Part shown: piece by piece, positions 49,341-59,083 of the stretch | How positions within the stretch are numbered: position 1 is the stretch's first letter | Layout: each line of letters begins with the position of its first letter | Assembly: GCA_026391215.1 (NCBI GenBank) | Contig: JAPLDX010000068.1 | Span: 1 to 64,000 of the forward strand | Direction: 5' to 3' | Length of the DNA: 64,000 nt | Source: Bacteroidia bacterium | GTDB lineage: Bacteria; Bacteroidota; Bacteroidia; Bacteroidales; VadinHA17 | The notes under the pieces: generated by a model | What the model was told of the DNA's origin: nothing | Seen by the model: only the letters and a program-made list of their open reading frames with translations | Database searches by the model: none | Made by a program: the position numbers and the translations under genes

Positions 49341-52300
49341 TTAAAAAACAAAGTTTGCACCAAAAGTTACAGATCTGGTTCTGAACCATTCACTCCTTCT
49401 GTCGACACCAGGTACGAGCGTACTGCCATATGTTCCAAGATCTGTGGCACTATCTGTGTATCTCGGGTTAGGATCCACACCTTTATACTTGGTGATATAG
49501 AATAAATTATTACCGCCAAGGTAAACCCTTATTTTACTGAACTGGCCGCTCTTTGGTAAATTGAAATTATACCCTACACTCATGTTATCGAGAGAAACAA
49601 AGTCAGCATTTTCAACATCTTTGCTTGACAAAGTACCTGAAGAGACGTTCAGAAGTTTTCCTGTCGAACTTCTCATATCAGTAGTTGAATTTGGCAGGTT
49701 ATATGATGTGATATAATTCGGCACTTCAAAGAATCCACGGAAAGAGTTAATAAGATCATGTCCGAATACGCCACGGAAGAATACATTCAGATCCCAGTTT
49801 TTATAATTAAGTGTATTGCCAAATCCAGTCTGGAACTTGGGCAAACCGTTTCCAGTCACCGTCCTGTCAGATGCACCGATACTTCCATCTCCGTCTACAT
49901 CTTTAAATATAAATTTACCATCGTCATCAATTCCCTCGTATACATATGTAAGTATCTGACCTAAAGGTTTACCTTCTTCCACTCTTGTTAATGGTGTCTG
50001 ATTTTGTCCTGGCGAACCCATATCACCCAGATCCTGTACTCCATAACTCAAATCAGCACCATTGAAAGTGCCTGAAAGTGATACCAGTGTGTTCCCAAGA
50101 CTGTATGATGGAGTAACTGTTACGCTGTAGGAAAAATCTTGTTTTTCAACAGCATGCCAGGTCAGTGTCAATTCCAAGCCGCTGCTTTTTAATTTTCCAA
50201 GGTTCATCCATGCCTGATTATAAAGGTTTGGTGGAACCGGCACTCCATATTGCCACAACAGGTCAGTAGTCGTTCTGGTATAAAAGTCAAATGCACCGGA
50301 AACCCTTGATTTGAACAATGCGAAATCAAATCCGGCATCTATTTCACCTTTCTTTTCCCATTTAAGATCAGTATTTGCATTACTTACAGGTGAATAGCCA
50401 GGGACGAATGCTCCGTTATAGAAGAAATTACCCGAAGGGCCCATGCGAAGCAATGATAAATAACTGCTTGGCGGCTCGGCTCCTGTAACACCATAACTGG
50501 CTCTCAATTTAAGGTTGTCAACAAAACTGAGGTTTACTAATCTGGATAGATCCACTCCTCCTCCAATTGATGGGAATATACCCCACTTACTATCAGCACC
50601 GAACCTTGAGGAGCCTTCATACCTTGCGCTGGCGGTCAAAAACCATGTACTGTTAATATTCAGGTTGACACGTCCAAAGAATGCAATCAGTTTATGGTCG
50701 TTCTTATAACTGGTTATTGTTCCTTTACCATTTTTGAAATCGAGGGCAGCATTAAGATTATTATATGTGAAATTGTCGGTAAGAAAATCACCTCCCTCAG
50801 CATAAAAACCTTCATAAGTAAAATCCTGATATGAATAACCACCAAGGACTGTCAGGTTTGTACCTGCTGTCACATCACCTGTCCAATGTGCTGTTGATTC
50901 AAAAAGCCGGCTGAAAGAAGAATTTGCACTCCTTGAAGCTAAGCCAGTCCTGTTCATCCCTCCCCAGTAATCATTTTTATCATAATATGTACCCCCGAGA
51001 TCATCAGAACTCTGGATAGCATAAAAAGCATCAAGAGTCAATCCTTTGATGATTTCATAGGCACCTTTTAATGAAAGATTCATCATTCTGGATTGTCCGT
51101 CATTTTTATTTAACTCTAGGATTGCAACAGGGTTATAGTAATCAAACAGCACCTGTTGAAAATATCCATCGTATTTATCATAAAGTGCATCATCACTTTT
51201 TACAGGAGCAGTCGGATTATATTGTGTGGCATATCTGAATGCAGCAGGAAAACCATATTGTGATTCCCTTTGCGTAGCCCCCAGATTCACATCAAAGGTA
51301 AGCTTATCATTCAATGCTTTTTGTGTAAGATTGATCCTTCCGTTTAACTGTTTGAATCCAGTCGTACGCATAACACCTTCACCATTATGATAATTGATTG
51401 AAGCCCGGTAATTTGATTTATCAGTTCCTCCCGATAACGAAAGATTATGTACCTGTGTCAGGGCTGTCTGTTCAATCTCCTTGAACCAGTCAGTACTTTC
51501 GCCAAAGTCTGTTCCAATAGTGTTCGAGTACTCCTGATTAATTTCAGTCTTCAATGCCCTCCATTCTGTAGCAGTCATCACAGGGTAATTCTTTGCAACC
51601 ATTTCAGCAGTACCATAAACATTGTACTCGATGACGGATGTACCTTTTTTGCCCTGCTTGGTAGTAACCAGAATTACGCCGCTGGAACCCCTTGTTCCAT
51701 AAATAGATGCAGCAGAACCATCCTTTAAAACGCTCATGGATTCAATATCATTCGGATCCACATTTTCAAGAGAACCCCCGACAACGCCATCAATAACAAC
51801 AAGAGGCTGGGTATTTGCACCAATGGTACTCAAACCCCTCAGGCGTATAGTATACCCTCCATTCGGGTCCCCGCCAGCTTTACTGACGGACAAACCTGCC
51901 ACCTTACCAACTATAAGCTGTTCAGGTGTGTTGAGGTTACCCTTGTTAAACTCATCAGATTTTACACTGGAAATGGCACTCGTAATCTCTTTCTTCTTCT
52001 GTGTGCCATATCCTGTAACCACAACTTCTCCAAGTGTACTTGTCTCAGGAACCAGTACCACATTGAATGTAGACTGACTACCTACAGCCACCTGCTGAGA
52101 AGTATAGCCGATAAATGAAAAAACCAGGACTGCTTCCGATCCCGGAACCGGAATACTGAAATTACCTTCAGCATCACTTATCGCCCCGGTCATTGTTCCC
52201 TGAACAACAATGTTCACTCCGGCTAGCGCACCCTCTGTCTCAGAAGTTACTTTACCTGTAACTGTTCTTTGTTGAGCGCTGGCTAAGCTAACCGCGAAGT

Positions 52301-52364
52301 ATAAAAGGAAAATAGATAATATCCATTTCCTCCATGAGAATAAATAATTTTTAAAAGTTCCCAT
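49341..52364 (-). CDS. SusC/RagA TonB-dependent transporter
   Basis: CarboxypepD_reg-like N-terminus, EVVVTGYG, PLVVIDGV, VLKDGSAASIYGTRGSSGVILVTTK, LKWE and a terminal F. Confidence 0.96.
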   Translation of the reverse strand: MGTFKNYLFSWRKWILSIFLLYFAVSLASAQQRTVTGKVTSETEGALAGVNIVVQGTMTGAISDAEGNFSIPVPGSEAVLVFSFIGYTSQQVAVGSQSTFNVVLVPETSTLGEVVVTGYGTQKKKEITSAISSVKSDEFNKGNLNTPEQLIVGKVAGLSVSKAGGDPNGGYTIRLRGLSTIGANTQPLVVIDGVVGGSLENVDPNDIESMSVLKDGSAASIYGTRGSSGVILVTTKQGKKGTSVIEYNVYGTAEMVAKNYPVMTATEWRALKTEINQEYSNTIGTDFGESTDWFKEIEQTALTQVHNLSLSGGTDKSNYRASINYHNGEGVMRTTGFKQLNGRINLTQKALNDKLTFDVNLGATQRESQYGFPAAFRYATQYNPTAPVKSDDALYDKYDGYFQQVLFDYYNPVAILELNKNDGQSRMMNLSLKGAYEIIKGLTLDAFYAIQSSDDLGGTYYDKNDYWGGMNRTGLASRSANSSFSRLFESTAHWTGDVTAGTNLTVLGGYSYQDFTYEGFYAEGGDFLTDNFTYNNLNAALDFKNGKGTITSYKNDHKLIAFFGRVNLNINSTWFLTASARYEGSSRFGADSKWGIFPSIGGGVDLSRLVNLSFVDNLKLRASYGVTGAEPPSSYLSLLRMGPSGNFFYNGAFVPGYSPVSNANTDLKWEKKGEIDAGFDFALFKSRVSGAFDFYTRTTTDLLWQYGVPVPPNLYNQAWMNLGKLKSSGLELTLTWHAVEKQDFSYSVTVTPSYSLGNTLVSLSGTFNGADLSYGVQDLGDMGSPGQNQTPLTRVEEGKPLGQILTYVYEGIDDDGKFIFKDVDGDGSIGASDRTVTGNGLPKFQTGFGNTLNYKNWDLNVFFRGVFGHDLINSFRGFFEVPNYITSYNLPNSTTDMRSSTGKLLNVSSGTLSSKDVENADFVSLDNMSVGYNFNLPKSGQFSKIRVYLGGNNLFYITKYKGVDPNPRYTDSATDLGTYGSTLVPGVDRRSEWFRTRSVTFGANFVF

Positions 52365-52491
52365 CGTAAAAATATTAAGGTTAGTTATTTATAGGTTTAA
52401 GAAAAAATACTTTGTCAAAAAAATGTGCTATTCTGTGCATGATAACTTCAAAGGATTTAAGACAGGTTCAAGGTTTCATAATTAGGTTAAT

Positions 52492-52499
52492 CAAATATA
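52492..52499 (-). promoter_or_regulatory. -7 promoter element for susC
   Basis: Minus strand TATATTTG, about 128 nt upstream of the susC ATG. Confidence 0.55.
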
Positions 52500-52561
52500 G
52501 AATTAATTCTGAGATTAAAAACAGATTAAAAAGAAATATTCACGGAATCTGAAACACATTA

Positions 52562-52577
52562 CAGCAAACGTTTGAAA
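52562..52577. promoter_or_regulatory. Putative LacI-family operator in the divergent susC/lacI region
   Basis: CAGCAAACGTTTGAAA containing the palindrome CAAACGTTTG. Matches 25192-25207. Confidence 0.65.
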
Positions 52578-52735
52578 TACTAATAATAAAAAAAACCTCA
52601 TTATCCTCCGATTATTCTGTTTAATCTTTACTGAATATTGATTAACAGAATTTTGCTTTGAGGATCATTTTTATTCCTTTTAGGAAAATATATTTATTTC
52701 AACTAACTTGGTATTTTTGAACCTCCGGGAAGATT

Positions 52736-53755
52736 ATGGGAAAGGGACGGGTAACAATTAAGGACATAGCCAGAGAGCTCGGGATTTCTCCTTCAACGGT
52801 ATCAAAAGCTTTGAAAGGACATCCTGATATCAGCTCTGCTACAAAAAAGGCAGTAAAGGAGCTTGTTGAAAAATGGAATTATAAACCCGATCCTATAGCC
52901 CTGAGCCTTAAAGTCGGCCAGAGCAGGACCATAGGTGTGATAGTACCGGAAATAGTTCATTATTTCTTCTCCACAGTGATAAGCGGGATTGAAGATATTG
53001 CTTATGATTCAGGATATAATGTCCTCTTCTGCCAGTCAAATGAATTATATGAAAGAGAAGTAAAGGCAGTTGAAACTCTTCTCTCCGGACGGGCTGACGG
53101 GATACTTGTCTCTCTGAGCAAAGTGACAGAGAATTTTGATCATTTCAGGAAGATAATGAAAGCAGGGATACCGCTCGTATTTTTTGACAGGGTATGTGAT
53201 GAACTTGAAACAGACAGGGTAATAGTCGATGATGAAAAGGGTGCATATGATGCTACAAATCATCTTATACACACCGGATGTTCCAATATCATCCATCTGT
53301 CCGGACCACCAAACCTGATAATCGGGAAAAACAGGAAAGCAGGATTTATAAGAGCATTGAAGGAGCATAGAATTCCAATCCGGGCCGAAAATATTATTAA
53401 GTGTGATACAGCCCCCGAAGCCCGGATCATAGTTCCTGAGATTCTAAAAAGAACCAAGAAACCTGACGGCATTTTTGCAGTCAATGACCTCACTGCTGCA
53501 GAGACCATGAAAATTGTAAAGCTCAATGGGTATAAAGTGCCTGATGATATTTCGATAATCGGATTTACCAGCGGCATGATATCTGATCTTACCGATCCTC
53601 CTCTTACCTCAGTTCAGCAGCATGGGTACATCGTCGGACAGGAAGCAGTAAACTTACTCATAAAGAATATTGAAAACAGAAACGAGATACCTTTTCAGAC
53701 AAAGGTGATCAAAACAGAACTTGTCATTAAAGGATCAACCAGAAAGGTGCTGTAA
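52736..53755 (+). CDS. LacI-family transcriptional regulator (MalR-like)
   Basis: VTIKDIARELGISPSTVSKAL HTH, PLVFFDRV and P.LTSV.Q. Confidence 0.95.
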   Translation: MGKGRVTIKDIARELGISPSTVSKALKGHPDISSATKKAVKELVEKWNYKPDPIALSLKVGQSRTIGVIVPEIVHYFFSTVISGIEDIAYDSGYNVLFCQSNELYEREVKAVETLLSGRADGILVSLSKVTENFDHFRKIMKAGIPLVFFDRVCDELETDRVIVDDEKGAYDATNHLIHTGCSNIIHLSGPPNLIIGKNRKAGFIRALKEHRIPIRAENIIKCDTAPEARIIVPEILKRTKKPDGIFAVNDLTAAETMKIVKLNGYKVPDDISIIGFTSGMISDLTDPPLTSVQQHGYIVGQEAVNLLIKNIENRNEIPFQTKVIKTELVIKGSTRKVL

Positions 53756-53771
53756 AAAAGAAAAAAAACCT

Positions 53772-53779
53772 TATTTTTG
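53772..53779 (+). promoter_or_regulatory. -7 promoter element for gcvH
   Basis: TATTTTTG, 29 nt upstream of ATG 53809. Confidence 0.5.
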
Positions 53780-53808
53780 GCTCAATAGTAATTTTAAAAC
53801 TGATCATT

Positions 53809-54183
53809 ATGAACATACCGGCAGATCTTTTGTATACCAAGGACCATGAATGGCTTCGCGTTGAAGGAGATATGGGCTACGTGGGAATAACCGACTTTGC
53901 CCAGGGAGAACTGGGAGATGTTGTTTTCGTAGAGATAGAAACTCTAGGAGAAACCCTTAAGAAAGAGGAGGTCTTTGGAACCATCGAAGCAGTAAAAACA
54001 GTTTCGGATATGTTTATGCCGGTGGGAGGAGAGATACTTGAAGTAAATCCTTCTATTGAAGAATCACCTGTCGTAGTAAACAAGGATCCTTACGGGAAAG
54101 GCTGGATGGTAAAAATTAAAATAACAGATCCTGCTGAAATCAGTACACTGCTCTCAGCAGATAAGTACAAAACACTTTTATAA
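53809..54183 (+). CDS. gcvH: Glycine cleavage system H protein
   Basis: [23 protein letters not shown], lipoyl-lysine motif EAVKTVS and DPYGKGW. Confidence 0.97.
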   Translation: MNIPADLLYTKDHEWLRVEGDMGYVGITDFAQGELGDVVFVEIETLGETLKKEEVFGTIEAVKTVSDMFMPVGGEILEVNPSIEESPVVVNKDPYGKGWMVKIKITDPAEISTLLSADKYKTLL

Positions 54184-57084
54184 GGTTTTCTTGATCTCGA
54201 ATTCCTGGTAGCCTTCAACGATATCACCTGCTTTTATGTCGTTGAAATTCTGAATGTTAAGCCCGCATTCATACCCGCCAACGACTTCCTTGACATCATC
54301 CTTGAATCGTTTGAGCGAACCGAGTTCCCCTGTATATATAACAATACCATCGCGTATTAAACGCACTCTGGTATTTCGTGTGATCTTTCCTTCCTTGACA
54401 TAACATCCGGCAACCGTGCCAACTTTAGTGACCTTAAAGATCTCGCGTATTTCCAGGGTGGCGACAATCTCTTCTTTGACCTCCGGAGAGAGCATCCCTT
54501 CCATAGCTGCCCTGATCTCCTCAATGGCATTGTATATAATTGAATAGAGACGGACATCAATCTCCTCCTTCTCGGCAAGCTTGCGTGCTGCCATTGATGG
54601 GCGAACCTGGAATCCTACTATAATTGCGTTGGATGCTGCAGCGAGCAGAATATCCGATTCTGAGATCTGGCCAACAGCTTTATGAATAATATTCAGCTGT
54701 ATTTCAGGTGTTGACAGCTTGATAAGCGAATCGCTCAGAGCTTCAATTGATCCGTCAACGTCACCTTTTACGATAATATTAAGTTCCTGGAAATTGCCAA
54801 TGGCAATCCTTCTTCCTATTTCGTCAAGGGTAATATGCTTCTGCGTACGCAGTCCCTGTTCTCTCTGTAGCTGTGATCTCTTTGTGGCTATATCCTTTGC
54901 TTCCCTGTCGCTGTCCATTACATTGAATTTGTCACCGGCCTGGGGAGCGCCGTTGAGTCCTAGAACAAGAGCGGGTGTTGCCGGGCCGACTTCGTCAACC
55001 TTATTGCCTCTTTCATTGTACATAGCCTTTATATGTCCGAAGCTGGCTCCTGCCAGAAGTACATCACCAACCCTCAGCGTCCCGGCTTTTACGAGAATGG
55101 TTGCTGTGAATCCGCGGCCTTTATCAAGGGATGATTCCACAACTGTGCCAATTGCAGGCTTGTCGGGATTAGCCTTTAGATCAAGCATCTCAGCTTCGAG
55201 CAGTACTTTTTCAAGCAGAAGCTCAATATTGAGCCCGGTTTTTGCAGATATCTCCTGTGACTGGTATTTGCCTCCCCAGTCCTCAACCAGGTAATTCATA
55301 TTTGCAAGAGCCTCCTTTATTTTCTCAGGATTTGAGGTAGGCTTATCAATCTTGTTGATCGCGAATACAATAGGTACTCCAGCGGCTGAAGCATGGTTGA
55401 TGGCTTCTATTGTCTGCGGCATTACACCGTCATCAGCGGCCACAACAATAATAGCTATGTCGGTGATCTGTGCTCCGCGGGCACGCATTGCAGTGAAGGC
55501 CTCATGTCCGGGTGTATCCAGGAATGTTATCTGACGGCCGTCATCAAGCTTCACAGCGTAGGCTCCTATATGCTGTGTAATTCCGCCTGCCTCACCCGCG
55601 ATCACATTTGTACGGCGTATATAGTCGAGCAATTTTGTTTTGCCATGATCGACATGTCCCATGACTGTTACTATCGGTGGCCTGGGCTTAAGATCTTCGT
55701 CTTCATCATCTGACTCCCTCACAGCTTCCTGAAGCTCAGCACTTACAAATTCTACCTTATAACCGAATTCATCGGCAAGAAGTGCCATTGTTTCTGCATC
55801 AAGACGCTGATTTATTGAAACGAAAAGCCCGAGGTTCATACATGTAGAGATAATGTCTGTAACCGGGGTATTCATCATAATCGCCAGCTCATTTACCGAC
55901 ACGAATTCCGTAACCTTGAGGATATTCTTTTCCAATTCAATTCTGTCCTCGTCCTCGCGATGCTTCTGACTTATTGCTTCTCTCTTTTCCCTGCGGTATC
56001 TTGAACCCTTTGATTTGCCTTTTGTAGTAAGCCTCGCAAGCGTTTCCTTTATCTGCTTCTGTACTTCCTCTTCATCTACCTCAACCCTTACAGGTCTTTT
56101 CTTCAGGATTTTCTTGCCGCCTTTTTCTTTTTTATCGCCCAGGTCAGGCTTGACTGCTGAAACCTGGTCTTTTTCCTTGGTGATCCTTTTCCTTCTTTTC
56201 TTCCTTCTGAAATCGCTCTCACTATTCACCTTTACCGGCTGGTATGGAGCAGGTTTCCTCTTTTCCTCCACAGGGAGGTTTATTCTCCCCACGACTGTAG
56301 GTCCGGTAATTTTCTGATAACCTGGCCTGAAAACTTCTATTATTTCCTCCTGTTCGGGGATTAAATCTGCTTCCGGGATTTCCAGATCTGGTGCAGCTTG
56401 TGATACAGGCTCTTCTACAGTCTCCCTCTCTTTTTTTGATGGAGCTTTCTTTTCTTCTTCAACGACAGGTTCTTTTTCCTTGGTCTTCTCTTTTTTGGCA
56501 GGCTTAGCATCTTTGGTTACTGTACCAGGTTCAGCTTCACCTTTAGTATCTGAAGCTGAACGGCTCTTCTTTTCTTCAGCTGCACCTGTCTTTTCCGCAG
56601 CGGCCTTCTTCTGTTCATCCTTTTCAGGTTCAGCACTTTTTGCTGCTTCCTGTTTTGATGGTGCCGGTTTTTCTGTTTTGGGTATCTTTTCCAGATCAAT
56701 CTTTCCGACAAGCTTTATGTCAGGCTTTTTGATCTCTGTTTTGATATCGACACCTTTCTTTATTCCTGAAGAATCTATAACAAGCATCTCTTCTTCACGG
56801 TCAGTATCTTCAGACTGGGCTTTTTCCGGTACATCATCAATTGAAACGGTTTCTTTCTTCCGATGCAGATCTTTGAGGGCAAGCTTTTCAGATTCTTTCT
56901 TGACGCTTAAATCAGAGCTGTATTCTTTCAACAGCATAAGGTATGCTTCATGAGGAAGCTTTGTATTGGGATTTGGATCGATTTCAATACCTTTCTTATG
57001 GAGGAATTCGATCATTGTGGAAATCCCTACATTGAACTCCTTGGCAGCTTTACTTAACCGTGTCGCCTTTACGTCCTCTGTCAT
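54178..57084 (-). CDS. infB: Translation initiation factor IF-2
   Basis: [32 protein letters not shown] and [11 protein letters not shown]. Long charged N-terminus. Confidence 0.98.
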   Translation of the reverse strand: MTEDVKATRLSKAAKEFNVGISTMIEFLHKKGIEIDPNPNTKLPHEAYLMLLKEYSSDLSVKKESEKLALKDLHRKKETVSIDDVPEKAQSEDTDREEEMLVIDSSGIKKGVDIKTEIKKPDIKLVGKIDLEKIPKTEKPAPSKQEAAKSAEPEKDEQKKAAAEKTGAAEEKKSRSASDTKGEAEPGTVTKDAKPAKKEKTKEKEPVVEEEKKAPSKKERETVEEPVSQAAPDLEIPEADLIPEQEEIIEVFRPGYQKITGPTVVGRINLPVEEKRKPAPYQPVKVNSESDFRRKKRRKRITKEKDQVSAVKPDLGDKKEKGGKKILKKRPVRVEVDEEEVQKQIKETLARLTTKGKSKGSRYRREKREAISQKHREDEDRIELEKNILKVTEFVSVNELAIMMNTPVTDIISTCMNLGLFVSINQRLDAETMALLADEFGYKVEFVSAELQEAVRESDDEDEDLKPRPPIVTVMGHVDHGKTKLLDYIRRTNVIAGEAGGITQHIGAYAVKLDDGRQITFLDTPGHEAFTAMRARGAQITDIAIIVVAADDGVMPQTIEAINHASAAGVPIVFAINKIDKPTSNPEKIKEALANMNYLVEDWGGKYQSQEISAKTGLNIELLLEKVLLEAEMLDLKANPDKPAIGTVVESSLDKGRGFTATILVKAGTLRVGDVLLAGASFGHIKAMYNERGNKVDEVGPATPALVLGLNGAPQAGDKFNVMDSDREAKDIATKRSQLQREQGLRTQKHITLDEIGRRIAIGNFQELNIIVKGDVDGSIEALSDSLIKLSTPEIQLNIIHKAVGQISESDILLAAASNAIIVGFQVRPSMAARKLAEKEEIDVRLYSIIYNAIEEIRAAMEGMLSPEVKEEIVATLEIREIFKVTKVGTVAGCYVKEGKITRNTRVRLIRDGIVIYTGELGSLKRFKDDVKEVVGGYECGLNIQNFNDIKAGDIVEGYQEFEIKKTL

Positions 57085-57133
57085 AGATATGCCCTGTCTT
57101 TATAATGACTTCAATAACAAAACTTTAATAATA

Positions 57134-58372
57134 TCATTCAAATTCAGCTTTAAGGATGTTTACAACTTCCTTAACGGTTTCCTCTTCAAGATCGGTTCTC
57201 TTAACAAGATCGCTTATAGAAAGGTTGAGAACGCTTCTGGCTGTGTCGCATCCGATAGCTTTAAGCTCATCGATGATCCATTCTTCAATCTCATCACTGA
57301 ATTCCTCGAGTTTGACATCTTCCTCATCCTCACCTCCCGGCTCCCTGTACACATCAATCTCATAACCGGTCAGCTGACTTGCAAGCTTAATATTAAGACC
57401 TCCTTTTCCTATAGCGAGGGATACTTCACTCGGTTTAAGATAGATCTCGGCTCTTTTCGTATCTTCAATGAGCTTTATTGATGTGATTTTTGCCGGACTG
57501 AGAGCTCTCTGTATAAAGAGCTGGTTATTGGCGGTATAGTTTATGACATCAATATTTTCATTACGGAGTTCCCTTACAATGCCATGTATTCTTGATCCTT
57601 TCATACCAACACAGGCGCCTACCGGGTCGATCCTTTCATCATATGATTCCACTGCAACTTTGGCCCGTTCACCCGGAACCCTGACAATCTTCTTTATAGT
57701 GATAAGCCCATCGAATATCTCAGGTACTTCAAGCTCGAAAAGCCTTTCAAGGAATACAGGTGAAGTACGGCTGAGAATTATGAAAGGTGTGTTATTCCTC
57801 ATTTCAACCTTAATGACAACAGCTCTTATGGAGTCGCCTTTCCTGAAATGATCGGAAGGTATCTGTTCGCTTTTGGGTATAATAAGCTCATTCCCGTCAT
57901 CATCAAGAACTAGGATCTCTCTTTTCCAGACCTGGTAAACCTCACCGGTGACGATCTCGCCGATCCGATCCTTGTACTTCATGTAGATGTTGTTCTTTTC
58001 AAGATCCAGGATACGCGCTGTAAGATTTTGTCGCAGCGACAAAATTGCCCTTCTTCCGAAATCGAGGAACTTAACCTCATCCGAGACCTCTTCGCCTACT
58101 TCATAGTCATCATCAATTTTCTTGGCTTCTGAAAGCGGTATCTGAGTTATGGGGTCGGTAATCTCATCGTCATTGACAACAGTTCTGTTACGCCATATTT
58201 CGAAGTCGCCTTTATCGATATTGACAATAATGTCGAAATTATCTGCCGATCCGTACCTTTTGGCAAGCATACCTCTGAAAACATCCTCCAGAACGCTCAT
58301 CATTGTCGGGCGATCAATATTTTTCAGCTCTTTAAATTCCGAAAAAGTGTCGATCAAATTAATATTTTCCAT
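57134..58372 (-). CDS. nusA: Transcription termination factor NusA
   Basis: S1/KH domains. RVPGERAKVAV, DPVGACVG and LAIGKGGLNIKLA. Confidence 0.98.
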   Translation of the reverse strand: MENINLIDTFSEFKELKNIDRPTMMSVLEDVFRGMLAKRYGSADNFDIIVNIDKGDFEIWRNRTVVNDDEITDPITQIPLSEAKKIDDDYEVGEEVSDEVKFLDFGRRAILSLRQNLTARILDLEKNNIYMKYKDRIGEIVTGEVYQVWKREILVLDDDGNELIIPKSEQIPSDHFRKGDSIRAVVIKVEMRNNTPFIILSRTSPVFLERLFELEVPEIFDGLITIKKIVRVPGERAKVAVESYDERIDPVGACVGMKGSRIHGIVRELRNENIDVINYTANNQLFIQRALSPAKITSIKLIEDTKRAEIYLKPSEVSLAIGKGGLNIKLASQLTGYEIDVYREPGGEDEEDVKLEEFSDEIEEWIIDELKAIGCDTARSVLNLSISDLVKRTDLEEETVKEVVNILKAEFE

Positions 58373-58389
58373 CTGGTATTAACCTATTT

Positions 58390-58842
58390 TTATTTAATCA
58401 CTAAAACCTCTTTTGTCGATTTTACCTGGTCAAAGTTGAACGAAATATCCTTCAGCTCCTTACCCTTGCCTTTTACTCTGACTTCAGTTTCCAGTTCAAA
58501 TCCTCCCTTTGTCACATTTTTAAGATTACCTGTAAACTTTTCGCCATCCGTATCAACAACCTCAACTTTCTTTCCTTCATTTTTATAGTACTGTTCAGGC
58601 ACTCCGAAAGGCATATCAAGTCCCGGAGAAGAAACCTGCAGCTCAAAGTCCTCAGTGCTGCGGTCAAAGTGTTTTTCAACATAGCGGTGAATGGCAGCAC
58701 ATTCATCAATGGTTATGCCTGTCATTGTATCTGCCAGTACAGTTATTTTGTTTGAACTGCTCACTCTGATTGTGACAAGAAAAATACCTGTTCCCTTAAT
58801 GAACTCACTTACAAGCTTTTCTATTTTATTTTTATCTACCAT
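58390..58842 (-). CDS. rimP: Ribosome maturation factor RimP
   Basis: GITIDEC and FELQVSSPGLD. First gene of rimP-nusA-infB. Confidence 0.93.
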   Translation of the reverse strand: MVDKNKIEKLVSEFIKGTGIFLVTIRVSSSNKITVLADTMTGITIDECAAIHRYVEKHFDRSTEDFELQVSSPGLDMPFGVPEQYYKNEGKKVEVVDTDGEKFTGNLKNVTKGGFELETEVRVKGKGKELKDISFNFDQVKSTKEVLVIK

Positions 58843-58864
58843 ACTTTAAATTAAGAAATAAAAT

Positions 58865-58882
58865 AGGGGACTCTGGTCCCCT
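58865..58882 (-). promoter_or_regulatory. rimP leader hairpin (possible attenuator)
   Basis: Minus strand AGGGGAC-CAGA-GTCCCCT followed by ATTTTATTT, in the 5' UTR between the promoter and rimP. Confidence 0.55.
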
Positions 58883-58909
58883 TGTCTCAACTACCCCTCA
58901 AATCGGTTG

Positions 58910-58940
58910 CAAAGATAAATAATGTTTTGTAATTAGCAAT
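58910..58940 (-). promoter_or_regulatory. -33/-7 promoter of the rimP-nusA-infB operon
   Basis: Minus strand ATTG, 19-nt spacer, then TATCTTTG (58910-58917). Confidence 0.7.
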
Positions 58941-58985
58941 AAGAAAGATAATTATTAGTAATATTTTGATTTGAAATATAACGGA

Positions 58986-59083
58986 AAGGCACAACGGCGT
59001 AGCGGCATAAAGGCGCAAAGGTGTTTCGATCATTTACATTTTCCTTTGTGTACCTTTGTGATCTACCTTTGTGCCCCTTTGTG
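58986..59083. repeat. Two opposed arrays of short (~8-10 bp) repeats
   Basis: AAGGCACA ACGGCGTA GCGGCATA AAGGCGCA AAGG, then CCTTTGTG four times (59043, 59053, 59066, 59076). Confidence 0.75.

Noticed and set aside
58986-59083. Possible mini-CRISPR array
   Set aside because: Units are only 8 bp with 2-5 nt gaps. There are no 25-45-bp repeats with unique spacers and no cas genes.
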